The notes: generated from the sequence alone by a model not told the origin. 64,000 nt of DNA from an uncultured Burkholderiales bacterium (GCA_964471395.1 CAYYHB010000004.1:529-64528); one strand, 5' to 3'. Numbered from the stretch's first letter, positions 26,954 through 36,718 are shown. Numbers and translations are program-made.

Positions 26954-27919
26954 ATGCAGATCAACCCGGCCCTCGCGGGCAAGCTGACCCGAATCGACCA
27001 GGGCAACCTGGGCCCGGCCGTGCTGTCCGGCGACGGCAGCACGGTGGTCTACAACAAGTGGATCGACAACGAGCAGTGGGACGTCTTCCGGCACTGCGGC
27101 GATCGCGTCGAGCGTCTGACCGATGATCCGCGCCACGACATCTCCCCCTCGCTCAGCCGCGACGGCGAGGTGGTGGCCTGGAGCCACTATTCCGGCAAGG
27201 AGTGGGGCCAGGGCAGTTGGGACATCAAAAAGCACGTCCAGGGTCAGACCCTGGTGGTCGCCGATGGGCCGGCCCACGAGACCGATCCCCAGGTCTCGGC
27301 CGACGGGCGCACCATCGTCTGGACCAACGATGACAGCGGCAGCCCCTGGGGCTTTGACATCTTCCGCGAGCAGGAAGGCAAGATGGATCAGGTCACCTCG
27401 GGCGATGGGGTGAATACCGACCCATTGATCAGCGCCGACGGCAGCCGGGTCTTTTTTCGGCGCAAGGTTCGCTTCGATGGAGGCGACCTGTGGATGAAGG
27501 ATGAGCACGGCACCATCAAGCCGTTGACCGACAATCCCGAGTCCGAGTTTGACCCGGCCATCAGCGCCAACGGCCGGGTGGTGGCCTTCTCGCAGGTTTC
27601 GCGCGAGTTCGATGATGACGTGTTCTGTTTCCACGACAAGGGCGGCAACGTCACTGTCCTGGCCGGCGAGAAGAAGGTGGATGAGAGCGAGCCGACCCTC
27701 TCCGCGGACGGCTCGGTGGCCGCCTGGACCCGACGCAGCAAGAAGCCCGGCGAGTCACGCGAGCCGCAGGTGATGCTCCTGGAGAACGGGCAGGCTACCC
27801 CTCTGACCGTGGAGGGCCCCAGTTTCTGGCCGAAGCTGAGCGAGGACGGACGGGTGCTGACCTTCGCCACCGTGGAGCAGAACCAGGTGGTGCTTTACAA
27901 GCTGGACCGAGACTCCTAA
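26954..27919 (+). CDS. TolB-like PD40 beta-propeller repeat protein
   Basis: Repeats DISPSLSRDGEVVAWS, ETDPQVSADGRTIVWT, NTDPLISADGSRVFF, EFDPAISANGRVVAFS, ESEPTLSADGSVAAWT. Confidence 0.8.
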   Translation: MQINPALAGKLTRIDQGNLGPAVLSGDGSTVVYNKWIDNEQWDVFRHCGDRVERLTDDPRHDISPSLSRDGEVVAWSHYSGKEWGQGSWDIKKHVQGQTLVVADGPAHETDPQVSADGRTIVWTNDDSGSPWGFDIFREQEGKMDQVTSGDGVNTDPLISADGSRVFFRRKVRFDGGDLWMKDEHGTIKPLTDNPESEFDPAISANGRVVAFSQVSREFDDDVFCFHDKGGNVTVLAGEKKVDESEPTLSADGSVAAWTRRSKKPGESREPQVMLLENGQATPLTVEGPSFWPKLSEDGRVLTFATVEQNQVVLYKLDRDS

Positions 27920-27929
27920 TATTTAGGGG

Positions 27930-28343
27930 ATGGCCCAACCCGAGGAGAACGAAAAGGACTCTGGCTTCCCCTCAGGCCCCTGGACCGGCTTCTACACCCA
28001 GCCGGGGGACCGCCAGTTTCACCGCCAGTCGCTCGACCTGACCTTTCGCCGCGGACGCATGATCGGCCGCGGACAAGACGACATCGGTGCCTTTCTCATC
28101 GGGGGCCACTATGACCTGGAGTCGCGCCGCGTCTGGTGGACCAAGAGTTACCCCGGATCACACAGCGTGTATTATTCCGGGGTGCAGCAGGGGCGCACCA
28201 TCCAGGGAGACTGGAGCATCCCGCCTCGCTATCGGGGTGGTTTCTCCATCTGGCCAGGAGGCGACAGCGCCCTGGATGGTGAGTTCTTCCTGGAAGAGAC
28301 GAACCCACTTCAAGTGCGTTTGCCTGCTCTGGTGGAGGACTAG
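27930..28343 (+). CDS. Hypothetical protein (137 aa)
   Basis: Coding-like composition and tight spacing in a same-strand gene string. No family recognised. Confidence 0.55.
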   Translation: MAQPEENEKDSGFPSGPWTGFYTQPGDRQFHRQSLDLTFRRGRMIGRGQDDIGAFLIGGHYDLESRRVWWTKSYPGSHSVYYSGVQQGRTIQGDWSIPPRYRGGFSIWPGGDSALDGEFFLEETNPLQVRLPALVED

Positions 28344-28370
28344 CCGCCCCAGAGGCCAAAGGAAGAAGCT

Positions 28371-28889
28371 ATGGAACTGAAAACACTCGATCTGGAGACC
28401 TTCGCTGAGCACCTGCGAGCCCGCGTGGCCCAGGGCCGGCCCACCAGCGCCGAGCCCGAGTGCGTGGAGACGCGGCTCGAGCAGCACGGCCAATCTTACC
28501 ATCTCGGCTTCGTGCCGGAGGGCAAGCTTCTCATCGTGGCCAGGGCCCGTCCCCGCCACAAGCTGCTCGTGTGCGCCGAGAGCCATCTCACTCAGCATCT
28601 CGATCAGCTTGGTATCTCGGGCGAGATCAAACTCGGCCGACCCGAGTTCGACCAGCGCTACGTGATCAAGAACGCCACCGTTGAGGAGGCCCGGGCCACC
28701 CTCGATGACGAGTTCGTGGATACTCTGCGCGGTTTGGAGCCCTGGGTGGAGTTCGAGATGACCGCTCGCGAGTACCGACTGCTCAAGGTGGTCGACGCTG
28801 ATTACAGCGCCGAGCGACTTAACAGCGACCTCAAGCGCATGGCCAAGCTGGTGGCGGTCAGCTGCCAGCCTCCCGAGGAAGAGGAATAG
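28371..28889 (+). CDS. Hypothetical protein (172 aa)
   Basis: ATG with upstream aaggaag. Same-strand string. No family recognised. Confidence 0.55.
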   Translation: MELKTLDLETFAEHLRARVAQGRPTSAEPECVETRLEQHGQSYHLGFVPEGKLLIVARARPRHKLLVCAESHLTQHLDQLGISGEIKLGRPEFDQRYVIKNATVEEARATLDDEFVDTLRGLEPWVEFEMTAREYRLLKVVDADYSAERLNSDLKRMAKLVAVSCQPPEEEE

Positions 28890-28934
28890 ACTTCTCGGAA
28901 GGAGCGGGCGTGGTCTTGCTGCGAAGCGGTCCGA

Positions 28935-29312
28935 GTGAATGATCGCCAGAGGGAGATCGTCAAAGCCCTGATCCAGATGGCCTGGGCCGACCATCGCTGG
29001 GCTCCCGAGGAAGAGACCATGGTGGCCAACGTTCTGTTGCGCATGGGGTGCGAAAGCTCCGAGGTCGAGGAGCTGAAGGTCGACCTGAGGCAGCACCCCG
29101 ACATGGCGCACCTGGAAGCTTACATTCCCGACCATGACAGCCGGCTCAACGCCATGCGCTTGTTGCTGGCCGTGGCCTTTGCTGACAACGCCCTGGCCAG
29201 TGAAGAGTACTCGTATATCCAGCGCACGGCGGCGAAGCTGTCGATCGACGACACGGAGCTCGACCAACTTCGCCAGGAGGCCCTTCGCATGCGCGCGGCC
29301 TGGGAATCTTGA
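28935..29312 (+). CDS. TerB-like (tellurite-resistance TerB / DjlA N-terminal type) domain protein
   Basis: GTG start. ALIQMAWADHRWAPEEETMV.. and LLLAVAFADNALASEEYSYIQRTAAKLSID are the paired helices with acidic clusters typical of TerB-fold proteins. Confidence 0.6.
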   Translation: MNDRQREIVKALIQMAWADHRWAPEEETMVANVLLRMGCESSEVEELKVDLRQHPDMAHLEAYIPDHDSRLNAMRLLLAVAFADNALASEEYSYIQRTAAKLSIDDTELDQLRQEALRMRAAWES

Positions 29313-31684
29313 AGGTTTTCGCGCTCGGTTTCCCGGTCGAGCTGCTCGAGCGTCTTCGCAACTATTTCTACGAACTCGACATCGAGCCGGTAGAGACGCT
29401 GGAGCTTCTCCAGAGCATCCCCAGTCTGCTCTTGCTCGAGCAATCCGCTCTGGGTGACGATCCTCTGGGCTCCATGGCCGAGCTGCGCAAGCTGGAGACC
29501 CCTCTGCACGCCGTCCCCATCATCTACTGCCTGCCGCCTGGCGACTACGATCAGGCTGGCATGGCTTCACGCCTCGTTCGCCGCCTGGGGGTCAAGCGGG
29601 TACTGGCCACCCCGGTCGACCTGCCCGAGCTGGCCCGCTCGGTGGCCGCCGAGCTGGGCATCCGCATGCGTCCCCAGCCCCCTCGTGCGGCGGCGGCCCG
29701 CAGCCAGACCCTGAGCGCGCTGGCTGGCCTGTGGCTCAAGTTCCGTGCCTCGAACCTGGCCCGGGTACACTCGCTGGAGATGGCCGCCGAGGTCTTGCAG
29801 CACGGCGATCTCGAATCCAACGCGCGCCGGCAGGTGGAGCGCGAGATGCACAAGCTGGTGGGCTCGGCCGGAACATTCGGTTTCCAGGAGGCCTCGCTGC
29901 TGGCTCGCGAGGCCGAGTCGTTGCTGGCCCACTCCACGGTCCTGTCCGGTGAGCAGCGGGTGCGCCTGGTGGAGCTGGCCCAGCGGATTCGGGCTCAGCT
30001 GGAGGGAAGCATGCCCCCCGCCCCGGCTGCGGAGCCCCGGGCTCAGCCGGGCAAGAATATCCTGGTGGTCAGCGACGACCCGGAGCTCACTGCCGGCTTG
30101 CCGGGATTCACCCTGACGCGAGCCTCCAGCAACGAGGAAGCGCGTCTGCTGGTGCGCGATCAGCTGCCCGGAGCTCTGCTCCTGGATGCCTGCAGTGGAG
30201 ACCTGGCCAGCCGCGTCCAACTGCTCAAAGAGCTCTCCTGGGAGTTCCCTCAGGTGCCGATGCTTGTCCTGACCGGCGAGCAGGGTCTGCACGCCCGCCT
30301 GGCCCTGACCGAGATGGGAAGCGTGGAGGTGTTGTGTCGGCCGTTTACTCCCCAGCAGATCAGCGAGGAGCTGAGAACCTTGCTCGAGCGCCGGGGGCAG
30401 TTGGGGGTGCGGGTCCTGGCGGTCGACGACGATCCGTCGATTCTGGAGGCCGTCAAAGGCACACTCGAGCCGATGGGGTTGTCGGTCGAGGCCCTGGCCG
30501 ACCCGACACTGTTCTGGGAGGCACTCGAGGTGTCGTCCCCCGACCTGATCCTGCTGGACGTGGACATGCCCTACCTCAGCGGCCTCGATCTGTGTCGCGT
30601 GCTGCGTACCGATCCGCGCTGGAGCGACCGTCCGGTGCTCTTCTTGACGGCCTACTTCGACACCAACACGGTGCAGCGTATCTACCAGGCCGGGGCCGAC
30701 GATTACATCCAGAAGCCGGTGGTTGATTCCGAGCTGGTCACCCGCATCTCCAACCGGCTCGCCCGCACCCAACACTACCGCCGCCTGGCCGACACCGACC
30801 TTCTGACCGGGGTGGCCACCCGCCGCCGGGGCTTGCGCGAGCTGTCCCGCCTGCTGCAGATCGCCACCCGGCACGGAGCCTCGCTGGCAGTGGCCATGGT
30901 GGACCTGGACCACTTCAAGCAGGTGAACGACCTGTATGGGCACGGTAGCGGTGACCTGGCCCTGCGCCTGTGCGCTCGCCATCTCACCAACACCTTCCGA
31001 GGCGAGGACACGGTCATCCGGTGGGGAGGGGAGGAGTTCGTAGTGGGCCTGTTTGACAGCGACGGACCCAACGCCATCCGCCGACTGGAGCAGTGCCTGG
31101 AAGCCCTCAAGAGCCAGGAATTGCCAACTCCCGAAGGGGGGCGTTTTACGCTTTCGTTCTCGGCCGGGGTTGCCCGGTTCCCCGAGGACGCGCAGGACAT
31201 CGAGAGCCTCCTGCGTTTGGCCGATCAGGCCCTATATCGGGCCAAGCAGGAAGGTCGCTCGCGTGTCTATGGTGCCCGGAGAGAGACATCCTACCGTTTT
31301 GTGGACCTGGTGCTGGTCGAGGACGATGAGGCATTGGGAGAGCTGATTTTGAACGCTTGCCGCTCTCGCGGTCTCTCCACTCACTGGTTCGCGGACGGGA
31401 CGGCGGCGGCCGAGATGCTGGCGGGAGACCCGGTGCAATTGCAGGCTCGCGTGGTCTTACTCGATCAGGTGCTGCCGGGAATGACCGGAACGGAGTTGCT
31501 GGCCAGGCTGCAAGACAGCGGAGCCCTGCATCGCACCCGAGCCCTCTTGATGACCGCTCAACTGGAAGATGGACAGATTCAGGCGGCGCTGGAGCAAGGG
31601 GCCTTCGACTTCATTCCCAAGCCGTTTGCTCTGTCTGCTTTGATGCGAAGAATCGAGTTCGCTCTGGGCGGGCGGTACAAATAA
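29309..31684 (+). CDS. Multi-receiver response regulator with an HPt domain and a GGDEF diguanylate cyclase (PleD-like, extended)
   Basis: TTG start overlapping the previous stop (TTGA). HPt motif HKLVGSAGTFGF (His codon 29849-29851). Canonical receiver DLILLDVDMPYLSG..ADDYIQKP. GGDEF with I-site RGED-x5-GGEEF (30998-31039). An additional C-terminal receiver (VLLDQVLPGMTG..FDFIPKPF). Confidence 0.88.
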   Translation: MKVFALGFPVELLERLRNYFYELDIEPVETLELLQSIPSLLLLEQSALGDDPLGSMAELRKLETPLHAVPIIYCLPPGDYDQAGMASRLVRRLGVKRVLATPVDLPELARSVAAELGIRMRPQPPRAAAARSQTLSALAGLWLKFRASNLARVHSLEMAAEVLQHGDLESNARRQVEREMHKLVGSAGTFGFQEASLLAREAESLLAHSTVLSGEQRVRLVELAQRIRAQLEGSMPPAPAAEPRAQPGKNILVVSDDPELTAGLPGFTLTRASSNEEARLLVRDQLPGALLLDACSGDLASRVQLLKELSWEFPQVPMLVLTGEQGLHARLALTEMGSVEVLCRPFTPQQISEELRTLLERRGQLGVRVLAVDDDPSILEAVKGTLEPMGLSVEALADPTLFWEALEVSSPDLILLDVDMPYLSGLDLCRVLRTDPRWSDRPVLFLTAYFDTNTVQRIYQAGADDYIQKPVVDSELVTRISNRLARTQHYRRLADTDLLTGVATRRRGLRELSRLLQIATRHGASLAVAMVDLDHFKQVNDLYGHGSGDLALRLCARHLTNTFRGEDTVIRWGGEEFVVGLFDSDGPNAIRRLEQCLEALKSQELPTPEGGRFTLSFSAGVARFPEDAQDIESLLRLADQALYRAKQEGRSRVYGARRETSYRFVDLVLVEDDEALGELILNACRSRGLSTHWFADGTAAAEMLAGDPVQLQARVVLLDQVLPGMTGTELLARLQDSGALHRTRALLMTAQLEDGQIQAALEQGAFDFIPKPFALSALMRRIEFALGGRYK

Positions 31685-31686
31685 AT

Positions 31687-31738
31687 GACCCCCTGCGGTC
31701 GGGGGGGGGTCACCCGCAGAGGGTCGAAGCTTTTCTCT
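31687..31738 (+). terminator. Terminator-like hairpin with a G9 loop tract
   Basis: gaccccctgcgg (31687-31698) pairs with ccgcagagggtc (31714-31725), 11 of 12 bp. The loop contains nine consecutive G (31701-31709). ttttctct follows at 31731-31738. Confidence 0.55.
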
Positions 31739-31844
31739 GACCCCAGGATACATCCTTACGGGTCTTCGGCAAAGGCCCAAAATGCCTACCAGGCTTCCGG
31801 TAAAAATATACTAGTTTGTCCGGGATGCTCAGCGGTCCGACCAG

Positions 31845-32507
31845 TTAGCGCTTGCGCACGAGCGTCACCCCGTCGGCCAGAGGCAAGAGCGAGAGGCTGA
31901 TACGCTGATCCAGGTGCAGTCGCTGGTTAAAGGCCCGTAGGGCTAGCGTGTCCCGGTCCTGCGCCGTCGGGTCGGCCACGTCACCTGACCAGAGCACGTT
32001 GTCCACCAGTAAGAGTCCCCCCGGACGCACCAGCCCGAGCATGCGCTCGTAGTAGTCGCCGTAGCTGACTTTGTCGGCATCCAGGAAGGCGAAGTCGAAG
32101 GAGTTTTGCTGGCCCTGGGCCAGCAGGTCGTCCAGGGTCTGGAGGGCCGGAGCCAGCCGCAGGTCGATCTTGTGGGCCACTCCCGCCTCGATCCAGTAGC
32201 GGCGGGCAATACGTGTCCACTCCTCGCTGATATCGCAGGCGATCAGCTGGCCGTCCTCGGGCAGGGCGCTGGCCACGGCCAGGCTGCTGTAACCAGTGAA
32301 CACCCCCACCTCGAGCGCCCGATGGGCCCCCATCAGCTCGATGAGCAGGGCCATGAATTGCCCCTGCTCGGGAGCGATCTGCATCTGGGAGTGGGGCAAT
32401 TCGGCCGTCTCGTCGCGCAGCCGACGCATCAGGTCGGTTTCGCGCAAGGAGACGCTGCGCAGGTAGTCGAGCAGGGCCGGGGTGAGCGGCAGGGCTTTGA
32501 AGGTCAT
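31845..32507 (-). CDS. Class I SAM-dependent O-methyltransferase (caffeoyl-CoA OMT family 3 type)
   Basis: Internal ATG at 32507 (MTFKALPLTPALLDYLRSVS..). QGQFMALLIELMGAHRALEVGVFTGYSSLAVA, FDFAFLDADK, GGLLLVDNVLW. Confidence 0.85.
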   Translation of the reverse strand: MTFKALPLTPALLDYLRSVSLRETDLMRRLRDETAELPHSQMQIAPEQGQFMALLIELMGAHRALEVGVFTGYSSLAVASALPEDGQLIACDISEEWTRIARRYWIEAGVAHKIDLRLAPALQTLDDLLAQGQQNSFDFAFLDADKVSYGDYYERMLGLVRPGGLLLVDNVLWSGDVADPTAQDRDTLALRAFNQRLHLDQRISLSLLPLADGVTLVRKR

Positions 32508-32556
32508 GGCCGGCTGTTTGCAGGGAGGCTCGCTTTTCCTTCGCGAAGCCGCTCGG

Positions 32557-33516
32557 ATGAGAGCGATCGTCGTAAGCGAGTTTGGCGACCCCGAGGTCTT
32601 GAAGCTGGAGGAGCGACCCGACCCGGTCCCGGGCCCCGATGAGGTGCTCGTGGAGGTGCACGCCACCGGGGTCAATCCGGTCGAGACCTATATCCGCTCT
32701 GGGAAGTACGGTAGGCTGCCCCAGCTTCCCTATACGCCCGGTAGCGACGCGGCCGGAGTGGTGCGCTCGGGGCCTGGCTTCGAGCCCGGAGCGCGGGTCT
32801 ACCTGGCTGGCAGCCTGACCGGGACGTATGCCGAGCTGGCTTTGTGCGCTCGAGACCAGGTTCACGCCCTGCCAGAATCGACCAGCTTCGAGCAGGGAGC
32901 GGGACTCTACGTCCCCTACGCTACCGCCTACAGGGCCCTGTTCTTGCGCGCGCACGCTCGCCCGGGCGAGACGGTCCTGATCCACGGGGCCAGTGGCGGG
33001 GTGGGCCAGGCAGCCGTGCAGTGGGCCCGCGCGGCTGGCCTGACCGTGCTGGGCACCGCCTCCACCGAGCAGGGGCTCGACCTGGTGCGCCGCCTGGGGG
33101 CCCACCGGGTTTTCAATCATGCTGTCCCCGGCTATCTCGACGAGGTGCGCGCACTGCGCCCGAGTTTGATCCTGGAGATGCTGGCCAATGTCAACCTGGA
33201 GAACGATCTGTCGCTGCTGGCCCCGCGCGGGCGAGTGGTGGTGATCGGCAGCCGGGGGAAGATCGAGATCGATCCGCGCTGGACTATGAGCGGCGATCTG
33301 GCCGTGCTGGGCCTGTCGCTGGCCAACGCCAGCGCCGAGGAGCTGGGGCAGGTTCACGCCGCCATTCGGGCCGGTCTCGAGTGCAAGATGCTCGCCCCCG
33401 TGGTGGGCAAGACCTTCTCCCTGGAGCAAGCACCGGCCGCCCACCGGGCGGTCATGGAGAGCGGAGCCTTCGGAAAGGTGGTGTTGCGAACTACTTCTTC
33501 CCCGGCCAGATGTTGA
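32557..33516 (+). CDS. NADPH:quinone oxidoreductase / zeta-crystallin-type medium-chain dehydrogenase
   Basis: ATG 32557 (MRAIVVSEFGDPEVLKLEERPDPVPGPDEVLVEVHATGVNPVETYIRSG). Nucleotide-binding motif LIHGASGGVGQAAVQ. Confidence 0.88.
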   Translation: MRAIVVSEFGDPEVLKLEERPDPVPGPDEVLVEVHATGVNPVETYIRSGKYGRLPQLPYTPGSDAAGVVRSGPGFEPGARVYLAGSLTGTYAELALCARDQVHALPESTSFEQGAGLYVPYATAYRALFLRAHARPGETVLIHGASGGVGQAAVQWARAAGLTVLGTASTEQGLDLVRRLGAHRVFNHAVPGYLDEVRALRPSLILEMLANVNLENDLSLLAPRGRVVVIGSRGKIEIDPRWTMSGDLAVLGLSLANASAEELGQVHAAIRAGLECKMLAPVVGKTFSLEQAPAAHRAVMESGAFGKVVLRTTSSPARC

Positions 33517-34021
33517 TGCTGACCACCTTGCCGCCCTTGACCACGCAGCCGATGTTCTTGTCGAGATAGCGGTACATGTAGACCCCTTTCTGGGGCTTGA
33601 GCTCGCGCGACTCATAGGTGCGACCGAGGGCCTGCTCCATGTCCTGCAGGCTGCTGCCCACCCGAACGCCGCCCGGGCCTACCAGGTTCACCGCCCGTCC
33701 CTGGGCCGTGGTGGTCGTGGGCTGGGTGACGATGATCTGCACGGCCCGCGGATCCCACTGCACCTCGAGGCCGCCGTAGCGAGTGTAAACAATCTTCATC
33801 TGGCCCTTGGAGGTGAGGGTGGTCTGGGTGTCCTTGCGGATAAGGCTTCCGGTGCCGGCGGGCAGAAGCTTGCTGGAGGCCTCCACCTCGGTGAGCCGCA
33901 TGCCGAGCTTCACCGGCCCGACGCTCTGACCCGGCGAAATGGTCCAATCTTCGCCATAGCTTGCCATGCGAGTGGCCACAATCAGGCAGGCGACCAGGGC
34001 CATGTGGGTAAATCTCTTCAT
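33491..34021 (-). CDS. Secreted hypothetical protein
   Basis: Signal peptide MKRFTHMALVACLIVATRMASYG. 176 aa. Convergent 26-nt overlap with the oxidoreductase gene. Confidence 0.6.
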   Translation of the reverse strand: MKRFTHMALVACLIVATRMASYGEDWTISPGQSVGPVKLGMRLTEVEASSKLLPAGTGSLIRKDTQTTLTSKGQMKIVYTRYGGLEVQWDPRAVQIIVTQPTTTTAQGRAVNLVGPGGVRVGSSLQDMEQALGRTYESRELKPQKGVYMYRYLDKNIGCVVKGGKVVSINIWPGKK

Positions 34022-34081
34022 TTCAAGCCGACCTCCGCGGCCGAGTTTTCTGCACGGCTTGAAAATCCTCCTCTCGGGTCG

Positions 34082-34924
34082 CTAGCGGATGATGCCCCGG
34101 CGCGGAAATCCTAGCACCGAATAGAGCGCGGCAGCCACCGGTCCGGCCGCGAAACAAACGAACAGGGGCAGGGGACCTGGTTGCCAGGCAGTATAACCTT
34201 CCCCGGCCAGCCACAAATAGAGCGGCCCGTTGATCAGATAGGCCAGTCCCACCGCCCGACCCGCGGGAGGTCCGGGCCAGGCCAGCGCCAGGGCGCCGGC
34301 GGCCAGGCTGGCGGCGGCCGGAAGCACGATCAGAAACACCCAGATCGGGGGCCCCTGGTAGCTCACCTCGACATCTACCCAATCGGCCTGGTTGGGCCCC
34401 AGCGAAGCCCCGTAAACGACATCGTCCACGGTGGAGTAGAGCCGAGCCACCGGCGGGCTCACGGCCAGCTGCCAGGAAGGCCGGGCCGTCACGAACAGAG
34501 TGCAGCTCTCGTAGCCGTTCCATGACCCGGGCCCGGGCAGCTTGAGGCGGAGCGAGCGTCCCGGCGAGTGCCAGCGGGCCGACAGGCGCATGCGCTGGCC
34601 AGGATCGAGGCGCACCAGGAATGTGGCCACCTTGTGCTCGCGAGTCTCTACCAGCTCGAGCTTGACCGGAGCATCAGCCCGCAGAACCTGCAACTCGGGG
34701 GCGGCCAGCAGCATGAGATTGGCCTCGCTCTGCTGCTTGAGCGGATTGTGCAAGGTCGCATCCAGCTCCACTCGGGAGCCCGAAGGAGAGCAAGCGACCC
34801 GCACCACCAGATGCTCGCACACCAGGGCCGTGGGCTCGATGGGCTGCAAGGCCCCGCCCAGCTCCTCGGCCCGGGCCGGAGTGAGGGCGGCGAGCAGCAG
34901 CACCAGCCACCACAAGGAATTCAC
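34082..34924 (-). CDS. Exported membrane-anchored hypothetical protein
   Basis: Only the distal part of ORF 34082..35920 looks real. GTG at 34924 gives (M)NSLWWLVLLLAALTPARA-EE (signal peptide). The C-terminal third has several hydrophobic helices. The upstream part of the ORF is shadow sequence opposite the + strand gene. Confidence 0.55.
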   Translation of the reverse strand: MNSLWWLVLLLAALTPARAEELGGALQPIEPTALVCEHLVVRVACSPSGSRVELDATLHNPLKQQSEANLMLLAAPELQVLRADAPVKLELVETREHKVATFLVRLDPGQRMRLSARWHSPGRSLRLKLPGPGSWNGYESCTLFVTARPSWQLAVSPPVARLYSTVDDVVYGASLGPNQADWVDVEVSYQGPPIWVFLIVLPAAASLAAGALALAWPGPPAGRAVGLAYLINGPLYLWLAGEGYTAWQPGPLPLFVCFAAGPVAAALYSVLGFPRRGIIR

Positions 34925-34948
34925 CTTTTTGAGTCCAAATGGTTGACA

Positions 34949-36718
34949 GTGCGCCTCGATTGCTTCTGGAATTTTTCGATCCGGTTCATCAGGCGCTTTT
35001 CCTCCTGCTGGCTCCTTCTCGTCTGCCTGGTCAGCATGCCTGCCAGGGCCGCCGACGACTTCGAGCTCAAGGTCGATAGCTATTTTGGCCAGCCGGTTTC
35101 GGTGGGAACCCCGGGTCTTTATGCCGAGGTGACCAACCAGACCACCCGGACCGTCCAGGGCCGTCTCGAGGCCCGCTTCCCGGATGGGGAGCTGGCCGGC
35201 TGGGTCGAGTTGGAGCTGCCGGCCGGCTCTCGGCGCCACAGCGATCTGCGCCTCAGCCTTCAGCCTCGCCATGATCGCCTCAAGCTCGATTTCAGGTTGC
35301 TGGTGGAGGGCAAGCTGCGCGCGGTCGAGAGCCTGGAGCTCCGCTATCTGAGCAATGCCACCCTGGTGCTCAGCCCAGAGCCCGGCCTCCTGGGGCTGAT
35401 CAACGCCCACGAGCTGCTCGTCAACCAGCTGGCCACCAGCCGGGCGGTGCTCCGCGCCCCGGAGAGCGCGCGCGCCTACGCGGGGGCGTCTCGGGTGGTT
35501 GTGCATGACCGGGCCCGGCTGGCCCTGAGCGAGCTGCAGATGGCCGCCCTGGCCGACTTCGCCCGCTCGGGCGGTGAGCTTGTGTTCATCGCCACTTCGG
35601 ACCCGAATGAGTACCGGGGCACGCCTCTGGACGCTTTCTTCCCCATGCGCCCGGAAAAGGCCGTGACCTTGCAGGCCGGTTACGAGCTCCTCTCCGGGAG
35701 CGTGCGACCCGGCGACAATGTGCTGGTCAAGCGTGAGGGGCATCCGCTCATGGTCGCCGGCGGTCGCGGACTGGGCCGGGCCTACCTGATCTCTGCCGAG
35801 ATGACCCGGCCCCAGTTGCTGGGCGAGAAGACCACCTTCGCGCTGCTCGACCGCATCTTCGTCGGGACCCCGAATGACTGGCCTCGCTGGCAGCCGCAGG
35901 AGCTGTGGGGCCTGAGCCACGCCGATCGCATCCGGTATCCGGCCATCGCGCTGGCGTTGGGCTGCTACTTCCTGGCCGCCGGGCCGCTCAATTTCTGGTT
36001 TCTGCGCAACCGTCAGAGACGTGTCTGGGCGCTGCTCACCTTGCCTCTGCTCTCGCTCACCTTCTCGGCCCTGATCGTCTTGTACACCGCCCAGACGCGC
36101 GGGTTCGAACCCCGTCTCGAGCAGTTCGGGCTGCTCCGGCTGGAAAGCGGGGAGAGCCGCGGCCTCTATGAGGCCTCCGTCTTTCTGGATACTCTGTGGG
36201 AAGGCAGCTATACCCTCGAGTGCGGTGCCGAGGCCGACCTCAGCGCGGCGGGCAGCTATTATGGTGAGAGCCTGGTCTCCTCGGGCACCGGTCTTCGTAA
36301 CGGACGTTTGCAGATGCGGGACCTCAAGCTAAACGCCTGGTCGGGCACCACCTTGCTTCTGACTGAGAGCTGCCCGTTGCCTGGCCCCATCACCCTCGAG
36401 CTCGCGCGCCAGGGGGACCGGCTGGTGGGCCACGTGCAGAACGACTCGGGGCTCACTCTGGTAGAGTGCCAGTTCTCTGATCGTGGCCTGGCCAGCGAGT
36501 TCTTCCGGCTCGAGCCGGGCCGCAGAGCCATCTCTATGGCGCTTTTCAAATCACCACCCCGGGACTCCGCTGACCAGCATCGAGTGCTGCGCGACACGGT
36601 GCACCGGGGCGGAGGACTCTGGTTGATCGGCTTTGTGTCCGAGTCGCCCGACCCGGTAAGCGGTCCGGGCGTGGGACGGCGCCGCGACCATAACCTCCTG
36701 GCAGTGCTGCTGCGATGA
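34949..36718 (+). CDS. Large exported/membrane accessory protein preceding an ABC transporter (hypothetical)
   Basis: GTG 34949 (or TTG 34943) of ORF 34568..36718 gives ..IRFIRRFSSCWLLLVCLVSMPARA-ADD (signal peptide). Two mid-protein transmembrane helices (YPAIALALGCYFLAAGPLNFWF, WALLTLPLLSLTFSALIVLY). The stop overlaps the ABC ATPase start (ATGA). Confidence 0.6.
   Translation: MRLDCFWNFSIRFIRRFSSCWLLLVCLVSMPARAADDFELKVDSYFGQPVSVGTPGLYAEVTNQTTRTVQGRLEARFPDGELAGWVELELPAGSRRHSDLRLSLQPRHDRLKLDFRLLVEGKLRAVESLELRYLSNATLVLSPEPGLLGLINAHELLVNQLATSRAVLRAPESARAYAGASRVVVHDRARLALSELQMAALADFARSGGELVFIATSDPNEYRGTPLDAFFPMRPEKAVTLQAGYELLSGSVRPGDNVLVKREGHPLMVAGGRGLGRAYLISAEMTRPQLLGEKTTFALLDRIFVGTPNDWPRWQPQELWGLSHADRIRYPAIALALGCYFLAAGPLNFWFLRNRQRRVWALLTLPLLSLTFSALIVLYTAQTRGFEPRLEQFGLLRLESGESRGLYEASVFLDTLWEGSYTLECGAEADLSAAGSYYGESLVSSGTGLRNGRLQMRDLKLNAWSGTTLLLTESCPLPGPITLELARQGDRLVGHVQNDSGLTLVECQFSDRGLASEFFRLEPGRRAISMALFKSPPRDSADQHRVLRDTVHRGGGLWLIGFVSESPDPVSGPGVGRRRDHNLLAVLLR

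Noticed and set aside
31981-33615. 544-aa minus ORF across the methyltransferase/oxidoreductase region, and 32844..33569 (+).
   Set aside because: Both real genes are identified by motifs in other frames or strands, and these ORFs have shadow composition.
34568-35920. The mutually overlapping long ORFs 34082..35920 (-) and 34568..36718 (+).
   Set aside because: Only one strand can be coding at each position. Signal peptides at 34924 (-) and 34943/34949 (+) split the region cleanly. The overlapping extensions are Arg/Gly/His-rich shadows, so both ORFs were trimmed.
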